DNA of 39,021 bases from an uncultured Candidatus Peribacteria bacterium (GTDB lineage Bacteria; Patescibacteriota; Gracilibacteria; Peribacterales; Peribacteraceae): positions 2,172 to 41,192 of the forward strand of contig CAYOLJ010000001.1 of the NCBI GenBank assembly GCA_964404805.1. The letters are read 5' to 3'. Numbering within the stretch: position 1 is the stretch's first letter; each line of letters begins with the position of its first letter. A program made the position numbers and the translations under genes. The notes under the pieces are model-generated. The model ran no database searches, had not been told where the DNA came from, and saw only the letters and a program-made list of their open reading frames with translations. Shown here piece by piece: positions 23,824-32,468 of this stretch.

Positions 23824-24702
23824 CTAATCGTCTTCAAGATTTTCATTTTCTATGACATCTCTGATCCTCTGAACTCTTTTATTGAATCCTGACATCACAC
23901 CTTTCTTATTCAGCTTAAACTCTTTCATTGCATGCACATCTACATTACTAGGTAGCAATCCTTCAAGGCGCGCCTGAACAACTGCCAATATGTTCTCGTT
24001 TGAATCTTTCTCTTCTTCAACGATTGCCTGGTAAATAAAACAGTTGATAATGAAGGAATAATCACCCCTCTTACCTTGCTTACCCTCCTTGTTTCGGTAG
24101 TGAGCACAGTGCGTGCGTAATGCCTTCCTGTAGCCATCAACTAGTGGGATTAGTGCTTTTATTTCTTCGGCATTTCCAGTCGGAGTTTGATTGATTGTCA
24201 CAGAAACGCTTTCAAGATCAATTCCAATTGTAGTGCCTCCATGCTGGAACTGAAAAATATCAGGGTTCAGTGGTGCATCGGGCATTACATACAAAAAACA
24301 CCCTTGTTGCCCAAAAAATTCGGCTGTCTCAATTGCCTTGTTTATGCGTGCGCCCAATGACGCTTTTTGTCGAGTTGGAGTAGGTATTTCAATCTTTCCG
24401 TAAAGGACCACATCCATAACTGTTTTTGTAAACTCTTCAGGAAAGCCGAATTTCTTCCGTACTTCGGCCTCACACGCCTCCAAAAATCCTGCATCGTTTT
24501 CCAGCTTTGAAGTCCCAAAGCTACTATGCGTTGGCAGCTTGTATCTGCTCCGAAGGTTATGAATAGCTCGTCGGATATACGGTCTCATGATCAATTCCTC
24601 CAGCATGGCCTTCTCATTGGAAGTCATTTTGGCAGATTCTTTTAAGATGTTGCTCCAGTCCAAGGCAATCTTATGTTGAATATTCATTTCCATGAGCCAC
24701 AT
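23824..24702 (-). CDS. Hypothetical protein
   Basis: The 292-aa ORF is divergent from the HTH gene. No recognisable motif. Confidence 0.55.
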   Translation of the reverse strand: MWLMEMNIQHKIALDWSNILKESAKMTSNEKAMLEELIMRPYIRRAIHNLRSRYKLPTHSSFGTSKLENDAGFLEACEAEVRKKFGFPEEFTKTVMDVVLYGKIEIPTPTRQKASLGARINKAIETAEFFGQQGCFLYVMPDAPLNPDIFQFQHGGTTIGIDLESVSVTINQTPTGNAEEIKALIPLVDGYRKALRTHCAHYRNKEGKQGKRGDYSFIINCFIYQAIVEEEKDSNENILAVVQARLEGLLPSNVDVHAMKEFKLNKKGVMSGFNKRVQRIRDVIENENLEDD

Positions 24703-24920
24703 GCTATTGGAATACCCCTTATCCCACCAACGTCTTTGTCTTTGTTCTGTCGCTTTGGAATGAGTGTATCCACTTCAGTTTAATTGCTACACCTTTCCAG
24801 TATCCCGCGGCTTCTTCCAATTGTGGAAAAGCCTTAACATCTTAGCTAATGGTTGTAATGTTTCAACTGTAATGATCCAACCATGCAAGGATAATTCAAG
24901 GAACCAATTATACGGTTCCT

Positions 24921-25139
24921 ATGACGAAAAACCCTAAAATACTGGCTGCGGGTGATGTTGCTGAACTCCTTGGGGTCTCCTATCAATACATTGATAAGTT
25001 GGCACGGGAAGGGCGGATTCCCTACCAAATGACTTCATCTGGTAAAGTTTTCCTTGAGCCCGATGTGATGGCTTTTCAGCGTGAACGTGAGAGAAAGGCA
25101 AAGACGGACCCTTGCATAAAGAGAAAGCGTAATCGCTAA
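24921..25139 (+). CDS. Excisionase-family (MerR-like) helix-turn-helix DNA-binding protein
   Basis: ILAAGDVAELLGVSYQYIDKLAREGRIPYQMTSSGKVFLEPDVMAFQRE matches the Xis/AlpA-type HTH pattern. Confidence 0.8.
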   Translation: MTKNPKILAAGDVAELLGVSYQYIDKLAREGRIPYQMTSSGKVFLEPDVMAFQRERERKAKTDPCIKRKRNR

Positions 25140-28100
25140 TTGTCAGAAAAACGGTACAATTTCCTAATGAGCCGTAGAGATGAGTTTTTAACAGGAACAC
25201 AACGAAAGGTCGGAGACAGGGTGGGCTGGCGCTGTTCTAGGCCTGAATGTCGCGCGCCCGTGAAAGGTCCTACCTTGAACCCTGAGGGGGTGGCAAACAT
25301 TGGCGTCTTTGCGCACATCACAGCGGCCGCAAGAGGTGGACCACGTTACGAAGAAAAGCTCACCCCCGAACAGAGAAGGTCCGCAGCTAATGCGATTTTA
25401 CTATGTCAGAATTGCGCGAAGCTGATTGACAACGATGAAGAAGAATATTCAGTGAATGTGTTAACGGACTGGAAGTCGCAAGCTGAAAAGAAATCCAAGG
25501 AAGAATTGGGAGCTCCTCTTGCAAGGCTACAGAAAAAGATTGACGAAGTGATTGCTCATATTGGAGGCAAAAACGGAATTTCTAAACAGTTCCTTGATGC
25601 GATAATTGAGCAAATCGAAGACCTTATTAACAGACAAAAGGGTCAACATGCTCTCAATTTCATTGAGCCTTTGGTTGAGAAGGCATGGAATGCCTTAGAT
25701 AATGGTGAGAAATATAAGCTTTTGCGCCTGAAAGCTTTGTCGTTGTTGCAGCTTGGAAAGAATAAAGAAGGAGCTAAAAGCTTTATAGATGCACTCCCCT
25801 ATAACAAAGGTCATGATAAAGCCTTTTCAAACGCAGCCTGGGGTTACCAGATTCTTAAGAAGAAAGCTCAAGCTATCGAATACGCTAGGAAAGCTATCAA
25901 AATGAATCCTGAGAATATACGAAGCTACTGTATTTTGGCTGAGGTATTACCAAAGAATCAGTTAAATAAACTAAAAGCAGAGACTCCAAACATCGTAGCA
26001 AACCATGCGGAATTCGCTATGTCTTTGGGCAGGAGGGCAAAAAATGATTTGGTTGAAGCAGAAAAGTGGCTGAGGGTGGCTGTAGAAAATGCTAACGAAA
26101 ATCCGGCGCAACCAAAGGCGATGCTGGCTGAAATATTAATCATGTCCGCCATGAGAGGTAGACCCTTTGCTGACAACGATGAACTTAAAACAGACGAATC
26201 CAAAAAAATTAAAGAAGCAATGAGCTTATTAGAAAGCGTTTATGAAGAAATAAAGGGTGCAGATAACAACAAAACTCTCGCACGTATTTTGCAGAATTTG
26301 AGCACTGCGAACGCAAGTCTTGGTCATCTTGATGATGCATTACGATTCATGGAGAAATGCTTAGAGGTAAGCAACGAGTATAAGTATCAAAGACGCCGCG
26401 TTGAACTGCTTTGGATTACGGGCAAAGTAAAAGAGGCAAAGGATGCTTTAAGGAAAATTAAAATTCCTGCAGATAGGAGTACTGATTTGTTAGAAGCAGA
26501 TATTCTCCGCTCAGAAAATCAATTCACCGAAGCGGAAAAATTGGTGGATAAATTTCTATCAAGAAAGAAAAAGACTAAATGGAAAAAAGACGCAAATAGA
26601 CTGAGGCTAAGGATTTATATGCAAAAAAAAGAATTTTCTGCCGCAGAAACATTTTCTGCAGATTTGTTAAAGAAAAACCCTGATGATATTGATAACCTTA
26701 TTGATGCTGCCAACTTGCAGAAAATATTGAAGGCACCAGATAAAGCGAAATCGCTTGTGGAAACTGCTGAAAGCAAATTACGTAAGGAGGATTCGTTTCA
26801 AAACATTAGGCAAGTAGCCGACGCTTATTTTGGTTTAAAGGAGTACACACGCGCATGTGCTCTATATGAAAGAATTTCTGACGGCCAAACTAATAATGAT
26901 GTTACCAAACATCTCCTACATTGTTATTACTTGAATGGTGACTACAAAAAGGCACTGCAAGTGTGCGAGCAAGTAAGGAAGTGGTATGGATACCAAACCT
27001 ATTTTTCAGAGGTAGAAGCGGTTATCTACGAGAAGATGGGCGATATACCTAAGGCGCAACAAGTTACTGAAGACTATTTAGCTGCACATCCAGGTGACGC
27101 GAAAATGAGTCTGCAATTGGCCCGTCTATACGCAAGAACTCACGATACTGATAAAATTAAGTCTCTCATTAGCAATTTAACGGGCGAGGACTGGGGTCTA
27201 GAAGAAAGATTGAGCCTGGCATTCTTAAATGCTGAGGTTGGCGAGCTAGAGAAGGCATTTGATATTGCTTATGAAACACGCAGAAAATTTATCAAAGATG
27301 AACGGGCGCATCCGGCTTATATAAGTTTTTTCATGCAGACAGAGAAGCCAGCTGGTATTCATCCTGAAATTGTAGGGGTTGATACTGTTGCATTTTTTGA
27401 TAATGGAATTGGAGAACGAGAATATTACTTAATTGAAGAAAAGAAGAGAGATGGGTATGACCTCAAAGAAATTAGTGCTGATGAACAGCGGGCCCAAGGA
27501 CTATTAGGAAAGAAGATTAATGATGAGTTTGATTTGGTCATTAATCACATTGGTGGAGAGAAAGGGACCCTAAAAATAATTCAAAGCAAACATGTTTTTG
27601 CATATCAGGAAAGTATGAAGGAATACGCCCGTATGATTCCGAATAATCCTGCTTTTACGATGGGTGTAACTGAAAAGGGAAAGGAGAAAGAACAACTAGA
27701 AATGATGATGCTATTAGCAGGACAAAGAGCAAAAAATATTGAGTTCCTAGAAGATTTCTATCTAAAGAAGAAGACGCCCATTGGTATGTACGCGGAAAGA
27801 GCAGGTATAGACATTGTGCAGCTATTTAGCGGACTACAGTATGCAAATGATAAAAAGATTATTTGCTGTATTGGTGACATTGATGAACAGTCAGAAGCAG
27901 CACAGTGCTTTGCTCCTCCATATGATGAAGCAACTCCAATAATGGATGCTACAGCAATACTGACAGTGCATTATCTGGGTATAGAGGAAAAAGTTGCAGC
28001 CTTTTTTAAGGAAATTGGAATTTCGCAGAGTACTAGGGATGTCTTTACTCAAAAGATTGAAGAATTAGAATCAACGCCTCCAGCTGGATATTTAGGTGCA

Positions 28101-28823
28101 GATAGTTATTCAGAGGTGAAACCAGAGGACATTGCAAAAGAGATTGCTCGACTTAAAAGGATTAGAGATTGGCTTGATAAGCACTGCAAAATTTTGAGAG
28201 TTAACGCAGTTGTTGATATGGGAGGAAAACGGAAAGAAGAATTAGATGAAATCTTTGGCTCTGAGTTCATTGATAGTGTGCTGCTCGCATCTGAGCAAAA
28301 TCACTTCCTTTACTCAGATGATTTTTTAACAAGGGTCGTCGCACGGAATGAATTTAAAGTAAAAGGAATGTGGACCCAGTTATTGATGATGCGATTGTTA
28401 AAGGTTCAACAGATGGCAAATGATGAATACGCAAAAGCATCTGCTGCCTTAGTTGAAGCGGACTATGACTACACAAGTGTAAACGAGCATGTACTAATGC
28501 TCATTGCTGAAAAAATGGGATGGAAACCAGAAGGACTATTTTTAAAAGTAATAGAAATTATCAAAACTGCAGAAGTAAACTCATTACTAAGAATGGCAGC
28601 TGGTTTTCTGTTTGAGCTAATGCACAAAACCATTCTAACCCCCATGCTGAAAGAAGGTATGATAATTGGATTCCTAAATGCCATCACTCAAAACCAAAAA
28701 GACTTAGATGCATTTCTCAAAAAATTAATAGCTTTGTTAAGTCGTAGATTTAGCCTCTCACAAGCACTACTTCAAGAACTACTAGCAATTATCGCAGAGT
28801 GGAGAACTACACAGCTAAGATAA
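25140..28823 (+). CDS. Giant multidomain protein: N-terminal HNH-like nuclease, TPR array, GreA/GreB C-terminal-like domain, PIN-like domain, helical tail
   Basis: 1227 aa. The domains are:
- aa ~30-100: WRCSRPEC...GVFAHITAAARGGPRY...NAILLCQNCAKLID (HNH-like);
- aa ~165-700: repeated TPR-like helix pairs;
- aa ~745-818: VDTVAFFDNG..REYYLIEE...EISADEQRAQGLLGKKINDEFDL...LKIIQ (GreA/B-C pattern);
- aa ~933-1070: IMDATAIL...KIEELE...LLASEQNHFLYSDDFLTR (PIN-like acidic residues).
The start is either TTG 25140, which abuts the HTH stop, or ATG 25167. Confidence 0.85.
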   Translation: MSEKRYNFLMSRRDEFLTGTQRKVGDRVGWRCSRPECRAPVKGPTLNPEGVANIGVFAHITAAARGGPRYEEKLTPEQRRSAANAILLCQNCAKLIDNDEEEYSVNVLTDWKSQAEKKSKEELGAPLARLQKKIDEVIAHIGGKNGISKQFLDAIIEQIEDLINRQKGQHALNFIEPLVEKAWNALDNGEKYKLLRLKALSLLQLGKNKEGAKSFIDALPYNKGHDKAFSNAAWGYQILKKKAQAIEYARKAIKMNPENIRSYCILAEVLPKNQLNKLKAETPNIVANHAEFAMSLGRRAKNDLVEAEKWLRVAVENANENPAQPKAMLAEILIMSAMRGRPFADNDELKTDESKKIKEAMSLLESVYEEIKGADNNKTLARILQNLSTANASLGHLDDALRFMEKCLEVSNEYKYQRRRVELLWITGKVKEAKDALRKIKIPADRSTDLLEADILRSENQFTEAEKLVDKFLSRKKKTKWKKDANRLRLRIYMQKKEFSAAETFSADLLKKNPDDIDNLIDAANLQKILKAPDKAKSLVETAESKLRKEDSFQNIRQVADAYFGLKEYTRACALYERISDGQTNNDVTKHLLHCYYLNGDYKKALQVCEQVRKWYGYQTYFSEVEAVIYEKMGDIPKAQQVTEDYLAAHPGDAKMSLQLARLYARTHDTDKIKSLISNLTGEDWGLEERLSLAFLNAEVGELEKAFDIAYETRRKFIKDERAHPAYISFFMQTEKPAGIHPEIVGVDTVAFFDNGIGEREYYLIEEKKRDGYDLKEISADEQRAQGLLGKKINDEFDLVINHIGGEKGTLKIIQSKHVFAYQESMKEYARMIPNNPAFTMGVTEKGKEKEQLEMMMLLAGQRAKNIEFLEDFYLKKKTPIGMYAERAGIDIVQLFSGLQYANDKKIICCIGDIDEQSEAAQCFAPPYDEATPIMDATAILTVHYLGIEEKVAAFFKEIGISQSTRDVFTQKIEELESTPPAGYLGADSYSEVKPEDIAKEIARLKRIRDWLDKHCKILRVNAVVDMGGKRKEELDEIFGSEFIDSVLLASEQNHFLYSDDFLTRVVARNEFKVKGMWTQLLMMRLLKVQQMANDEYAKASAALVEADYDYTSVNEHVLMLIAEKMGWKPEGLFLKVIEIIKTAEVNSLLRMAAGFLFELMHKTILTPMLKEGMIIGFLNAITQNQKDLDAFLKKLIALLSRRFSLSQALLQELLAIIAEWRTTQLR

Positions 28824-28899
28824 AAGGAATATCCGATATTGCCTCCATCCCTAAAATTCAAATAGGGCAATCTCTTAGCTTTTTGCTATTATCGTATGT

Positions 28900-29214
28900 A
28901 TGAAGATGGATAAAGATACATTTGACCGCCTTATTGCTTATTTTTGTGTTGTTTTTCTAGGGCTCACTGCAGGAATTTACATGTACTTTCTCTTAAATTT
29001 TTTAGGTCTTAGTCCATGGCTAATTACTGGCATTGGCACAATTACAGGAATTAATGTTTCTTTTTGGGCGAATAAACTATACTCAAAGACTCGGAACCAA
29101 TCACCTTACCTTCTACATCATATCTTCTGCGGGTCAGCATTGCTCTTACTCATAACTGTGCTTGGTGACATCAAAAATCTATGCAAACGTGTTATCCCTA
29201 AATGTGTACTATGA
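28900..29214 (+). CDS. Small three-TM membrane protein
   Basis: The 104-aa ORF has three hydrophobic segments. It is co-directional with the giant gene and overlaps the next ORF by 13 nt. Confidence 0.5.
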   Translation: MKMDKDTFDRLIAYFCVVFLGLTAGIYMYFLLNFLGLSPWLITGIGTITGINVSFWANKLYSKTRNQSPYLLHHIFCGSALLLLITVLGDIKNLCKRVIPKCVL

Positions 29215-29963
29215 ATAACGCTTGGAAAGAAACATTAACGGGTCTCGGATTATCGCTTCTTGGTGGAATTGCCGTATTTCTGGTTATTAATTCTCACTTT
29301 AACTCAAATCCTTCAAGTCCAAGTAACGGCGGTGTTGATATTCCCGATATAAATATTCCCGATGTCACAACGCTGCCTGACTGCCAAAAGAAGCCTCTTG
29401 AAGGAGAAATAGCCAAATTTTTCCCTGAAGCAAATGCGTGTCAACAAAAAGAATATAACGAATTTACATTCGTTCCCATTTTAGCAAATTCAAATAGTCC
29501 CATAAAAATATCATCTGGTTCCATAATCCAAAATTCAAAAACGATTCTGATTAGTGGAAATATCACAAGTGCGCGCCTGTATATTAATGCCACGGTTGAC
29601 GATGCAGATTACTCCTCTAGCAGGAAGAACGCTGTATATTTCTATATTGATAGTGGTGATTTTGGAGGCTATCTGAATGCGGTACGTAAAAATGGAAGTG
29701 AACTCACAGGTGACAGTGAGGGTGTATTTCTTTCTAGTGATGTGCCAAAAATATTTATAGAAGACCTATTTCAGCCCACCCAGGTTGCGGCTAAAGCGGG
29801 TGACATAGGTTCACGCACAATCGATTTTTGGAAAAAACTAACGCCTGGTAGGCATATTACATATGCCTACGTTTCAAAACCTCAATATGGAAGAATCACG
29901 GAAATGGCAATAGCCTACAAATGTGACGAGCAGCCCTGTGCTATCTCAACAGAAAATAACTAG
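29202..29963 (+). CDS. Membrane-anchored / exported protein, unknown function
   Basis: The 253-aa ORF has an N-terminal TM (LTGLGLSLLGGIAVFLVI) followed by a ~200-aa non-hydrophobic domain. Confidence 0.55.
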   Translation: MCTMNNAWKETLTGLGLSLLGGIAVFLVINSHFNSNPSSPSNGGVDIPDINIPDVTTLPDCQKKPLEGEIAKFFPEANACQQKEYNEFTFVPILANSNSPIKISSGSIIQNSKTILISGNITSARLYINATVDDADYSSSRKNAVYFYIDSGDFGGYLNAVRKNGSELTGDSEGVFLSSDVPKIFIEDLFQPTQVAAKAGDIGSRTIDFWKKLTPGRHITYAYVSKPQYGRITEMAIAYKCDEQPCAISTENN

Positions 29964-30511
29964 TCCACAGGGGCTGTATTAATGAATTTAACGGCACAAA
30001 TATTACTCAATCCAAATCTGGAATTTTCCTTTAATTGAAAACAATTTTTTACATAAAAATTTTTTCTTCTCTCAAGATTACCCTTTTTCTCCAGCACACC
30101 AAATATGCATTTAACAGAATTTTGTTCACTTATTTCTTCTATCACTCTCAGTACTTGAGAGCCTATTCCTAAATTCTGAAATTTATCCTTTATACAAATA
30201 TCCATAATTTTTAAAACTCTGAAGTGTCTTAGTCCATCATTTACTAAATACACGTACAAATTTATGGGCTCAGTATGATGCCATTCGCGCATTTTAATGA
30301 AGTTGTATCCAAGTATTTTATCAGCACGTACACCAAGAATATTGAGATGAGATTTTACATCTGAGCCAGCTTCAGAATTTTGAGTGAAAGAGTCGAACCC
30401 ATAGTCATCCACACTTAATTCAATTTGTTTCTTTGCGTGAAAAAATCCAAATGACTTTTTTCTATACTCAATTGGATAGGCTCTATTCATTTTTAATAAA
30501 TCAGTTCTCAT
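29960..30511 (-). CDS. GNAT-family N-acetyltransferase
   Basis: It has the acetyl-CoA motif A-like sequence KDKFQNLGIGSQVLRVIEE. It is convergent with the preceding gene and its stop overlaps that gene's stop. Confidence 0.65.
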   Translation of the reverse strand: MRTDLLKMNRAYPIEYRKKSFGFFHAKKQIELSVDDYGFDSFTQNSEAGSDVKSHLNILGVRADKILGYNFIKMREWHHTEPINLYVYLVNDGLRHFRVLKIMDICIKDKFQNLGIGSQVLRVIEEISEQNSVKCIFGVLEKKGNLERRKNFYVKNCFQLKENSRFGLSNICAVKFINTAPVD

Positions 30512-30849
30512 AGCAGCCCATCATACTTGGTTATTGTTCCCTTGGGGAAGTCATAAGAACATCAGCGAGCCTGCCTAATAAGCTCAACCTCTTCTTTCCA
30601 TGTCCTAAAATCACCAACATACACAATACGGCCTGGAGTGACGGCACAGACATCAACAATGGTTCGGACGAGGAAGATTCCGGGGCCAAATCGTAATAAA
30701 TAACAAATTATTTACAATTGATGAAGATGCATCATCGTGATTTGTAATATACATGCGAATTTCTTGCTTCTTCAATGTGTGCTAACCTCACAGCGATTCC
30801 CTTCCAATATCCCGCATCCGTCAAAAGCTCTATGAGAGTGTTTGAACTC

Positions 30850-30858
30850 GGGAGCCAA
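30850..30858. repeat. GGGAGCCAA: 9-nt copy of the tRNA 3' end at the AT-rich/GC-rich boundary (attR candidate)
   Basis: Identical to 7005-7013. The composition changes within about 10 nt of this site. Confidence 0.5.
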
Positions 30859-30895
30859 ATAAATATCATCGCCATCCATCGACCGCCCCCGTAGA

Positions 30896-31477
30896 ATGAG
30901 CGCCATGCGGCAACGCCGGAAAAGAAATCTTCTGTATCTCGTGCCCATTGTGATGTTCCTGGCGTGGACGGTGTTTATCTACCAGTTCCCGCCCACAGAC
31001 ATCGCGGCCTCCATCGGCACGGAGAACGGCTACTTCGCCACGCTCCTCCTCGCATTTCTGGGCGGCCTGTCCGTGCTCGTCAGCATCCCCTACCACCTGG
31101 TCATCATGACCTTTGCCGCGGGAGGATTGAATCCGTGGCTGCTCGGCCTTGTGGCCAGTATCGGCCAGATGGGCGGCGACTCCACATCGTACCTGTTGGG
31201 ATTCTCCGGCGGGAGCATCGCCTCCGGACGTCTGGCCACGACCATGGACCGCTTTCGAAACTGGATCACCCAGTGCCCGTACTGGCAGACGGCATGCGCA
31301 CTCTTCGTCTACGGTTCGATCTCTCCGCTCTCCAACGATTGGATGCTCGTCCCCATGGGGCTGGCCCGCTACCCCTACTGGCGGGTGATGCTGCCTCTGG
31401 AATTGGGGAATGTGGTTTTCAATACCGCCATGGCACTGCTCGGAACGTACGGCCTTGCCTCTGTTCTGGGTGCGTAA
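30896..31477 (+). CDS. Small polytopic membrane protein, possibly VTT/DedA-like
   Basis: The 193-aa ORF has several TM segments. SIGQMGGDSTSYLLGFSGG resembles the G-x-x-x-G...Y-x-x-G region of VTT-domain proteins (weak). Confidence 0.55.
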   Translation: MSAMRQRRKRNLLYLVPIVMFLAWTVFIYQFPPTDIAASIGTENGYFATLLLAFLGGLSVLVSIPYHLVIMTFAAGGLNPWLLGLVASIGQMGGDSTSYLLGFSGGSIASGRLATTMDRFRNWITQCPYWQTACALFVYGSISPLSNDWMLVPMGLARYPYWRVMLPLELGNVVFNTAMALLGTYGLASVLGA

Positions 31478-31483
31478 CGCCAA

Positions 31484-32113
31484 GTGCTACACTTTCCTCC
31501 TCCAATTATGAAGTCAGACCGGATCATCACAGTCACGGGAATCGTCGTATGCGCGATCGTCGAAATCCTGCTCGTAGGATTCCTCTTCTCCATCTTAAAA
31601 ACGAGCGGCTTCTGGCTGCTGCCGGGATTCGGATTGCTGGGAATCGTGGTCTTTTTGCAATCCTTCCCCCTGTTCCCGCTGACCGTCATCATCCTTCTGA
31701 CAATCGTACTTGTGTTCCTCCTGCGCCAATTTGTTCCCTTTCGCCGCCATTCGTTTTTTATCACCTCACTTGCTCTCCTGATTCTCGCCCTCTTCTGCGG
31801 ATTTCTCGTGAGCCTTTTACCGGCCTTCAGCCGCTTGCAACCGCCGCCGCCGCCCAAGAATGATCATGTGGCGGAATCATTGCTGCGCGGGTACGGAGCC
31901 TGGAGATTTCACAATGTCTTCCGGGGTACGATCACCGGCGTGGGCGAGCGCTCCTATGTCCTGCGCAGTCCGGGTGATCGTCTTATATCGGTGGAATTGA
32001 CACCTGGAACACATCTCCCTTCAGAATCACAGATCGGATCGGGCGACACCGTGCTGATCATCGGCGAAGTCAGGGGCGGGACCATTCGGGCATTCGGTAT
32101 TCGCAAGTTGTGA
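31484..32113 (+). CDS. Membrane protein with a soluble C-terminal domain, unknown function
   Basis: The 209-aa ORF has four hydrophobic segments, a PPPPP linker and a ~85-aa C-terminal domain. The likely start is ATG 31508 (MKSDR). Confidence 0.5.
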   Translation: MLHFPPPIMKSDRIITVTGIVVCAIVEILLVGFLFSILKTSGFWLLPGFGLLGIVVFLQSFPLFPLTVIILLTIVLVFLLRQFVPFRRHSFFITSLALLILALFCGFLVSLLPAFSRLQPPPPPKNDHVAESLLRGYGAWRFHNVFRGTITGVGERSYVLRSPGDRLISVELTPGTHLPSESQIGSGDTVLIIGEVRGGTIRAFGIRKL

Positions 32114-32468
32114 ACGCCAAAGGTCAAAAAATGCAGTTGCCTTTCAAAAGGCACATGTATAGTTTTTTGTTATGCACCTTGAGTCCAGCCAGATGTGTTG
32201 TTGCGCGGAAGCTTGCAAGAGTGAGGGCTGGTCTGCGATGAGTGCATAACGCCTCACGGATTCCCGAAAAATATTCCAGCCTCTCTCTGACGGGCTTTTT
32301 TGTATTTCTTTTTCCACATGTCCCATGAGCACCATTCTGGACACCATCGCAACAAGGCGGATGAACCGATGTGCGAATCCCGTCCAGCACGCCGAGCCAT
32401 CTCTCACAATAACTGAAGACTCAACATCACCCTTAAGCTTCCAGTGAAATTCGGCGCCTGCTAAAAAA

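Larger units (their letters stand above)
7013..30858. mobile_element. AT-rich integrated element / genomic island inserted at the 3' end of tRNA-Asn (probably composite)
   Basis: Base composition drops sharply at the tRNA 3' end and rises again at about 30,860. A serine recombinase gene abuts the tRNA. A 9-nt direct repeat GGGAGCCAA sits at both edges. The cargo comprises R-M, nucleases, a replication module and a second recombinase. Confidence 0.7.

Noticed and set aside
30866-31863. ORFs 30866..31483 (-), 30964..31863 (+) and 31375..31857 (-)
   Set aside because: These are Arg/Pro/Gly/His-rich shadow frames overlapping the two hydrophobic membrane-protein ORFs (30896..31477 and 31484..32113), which have coherent TM patterns.
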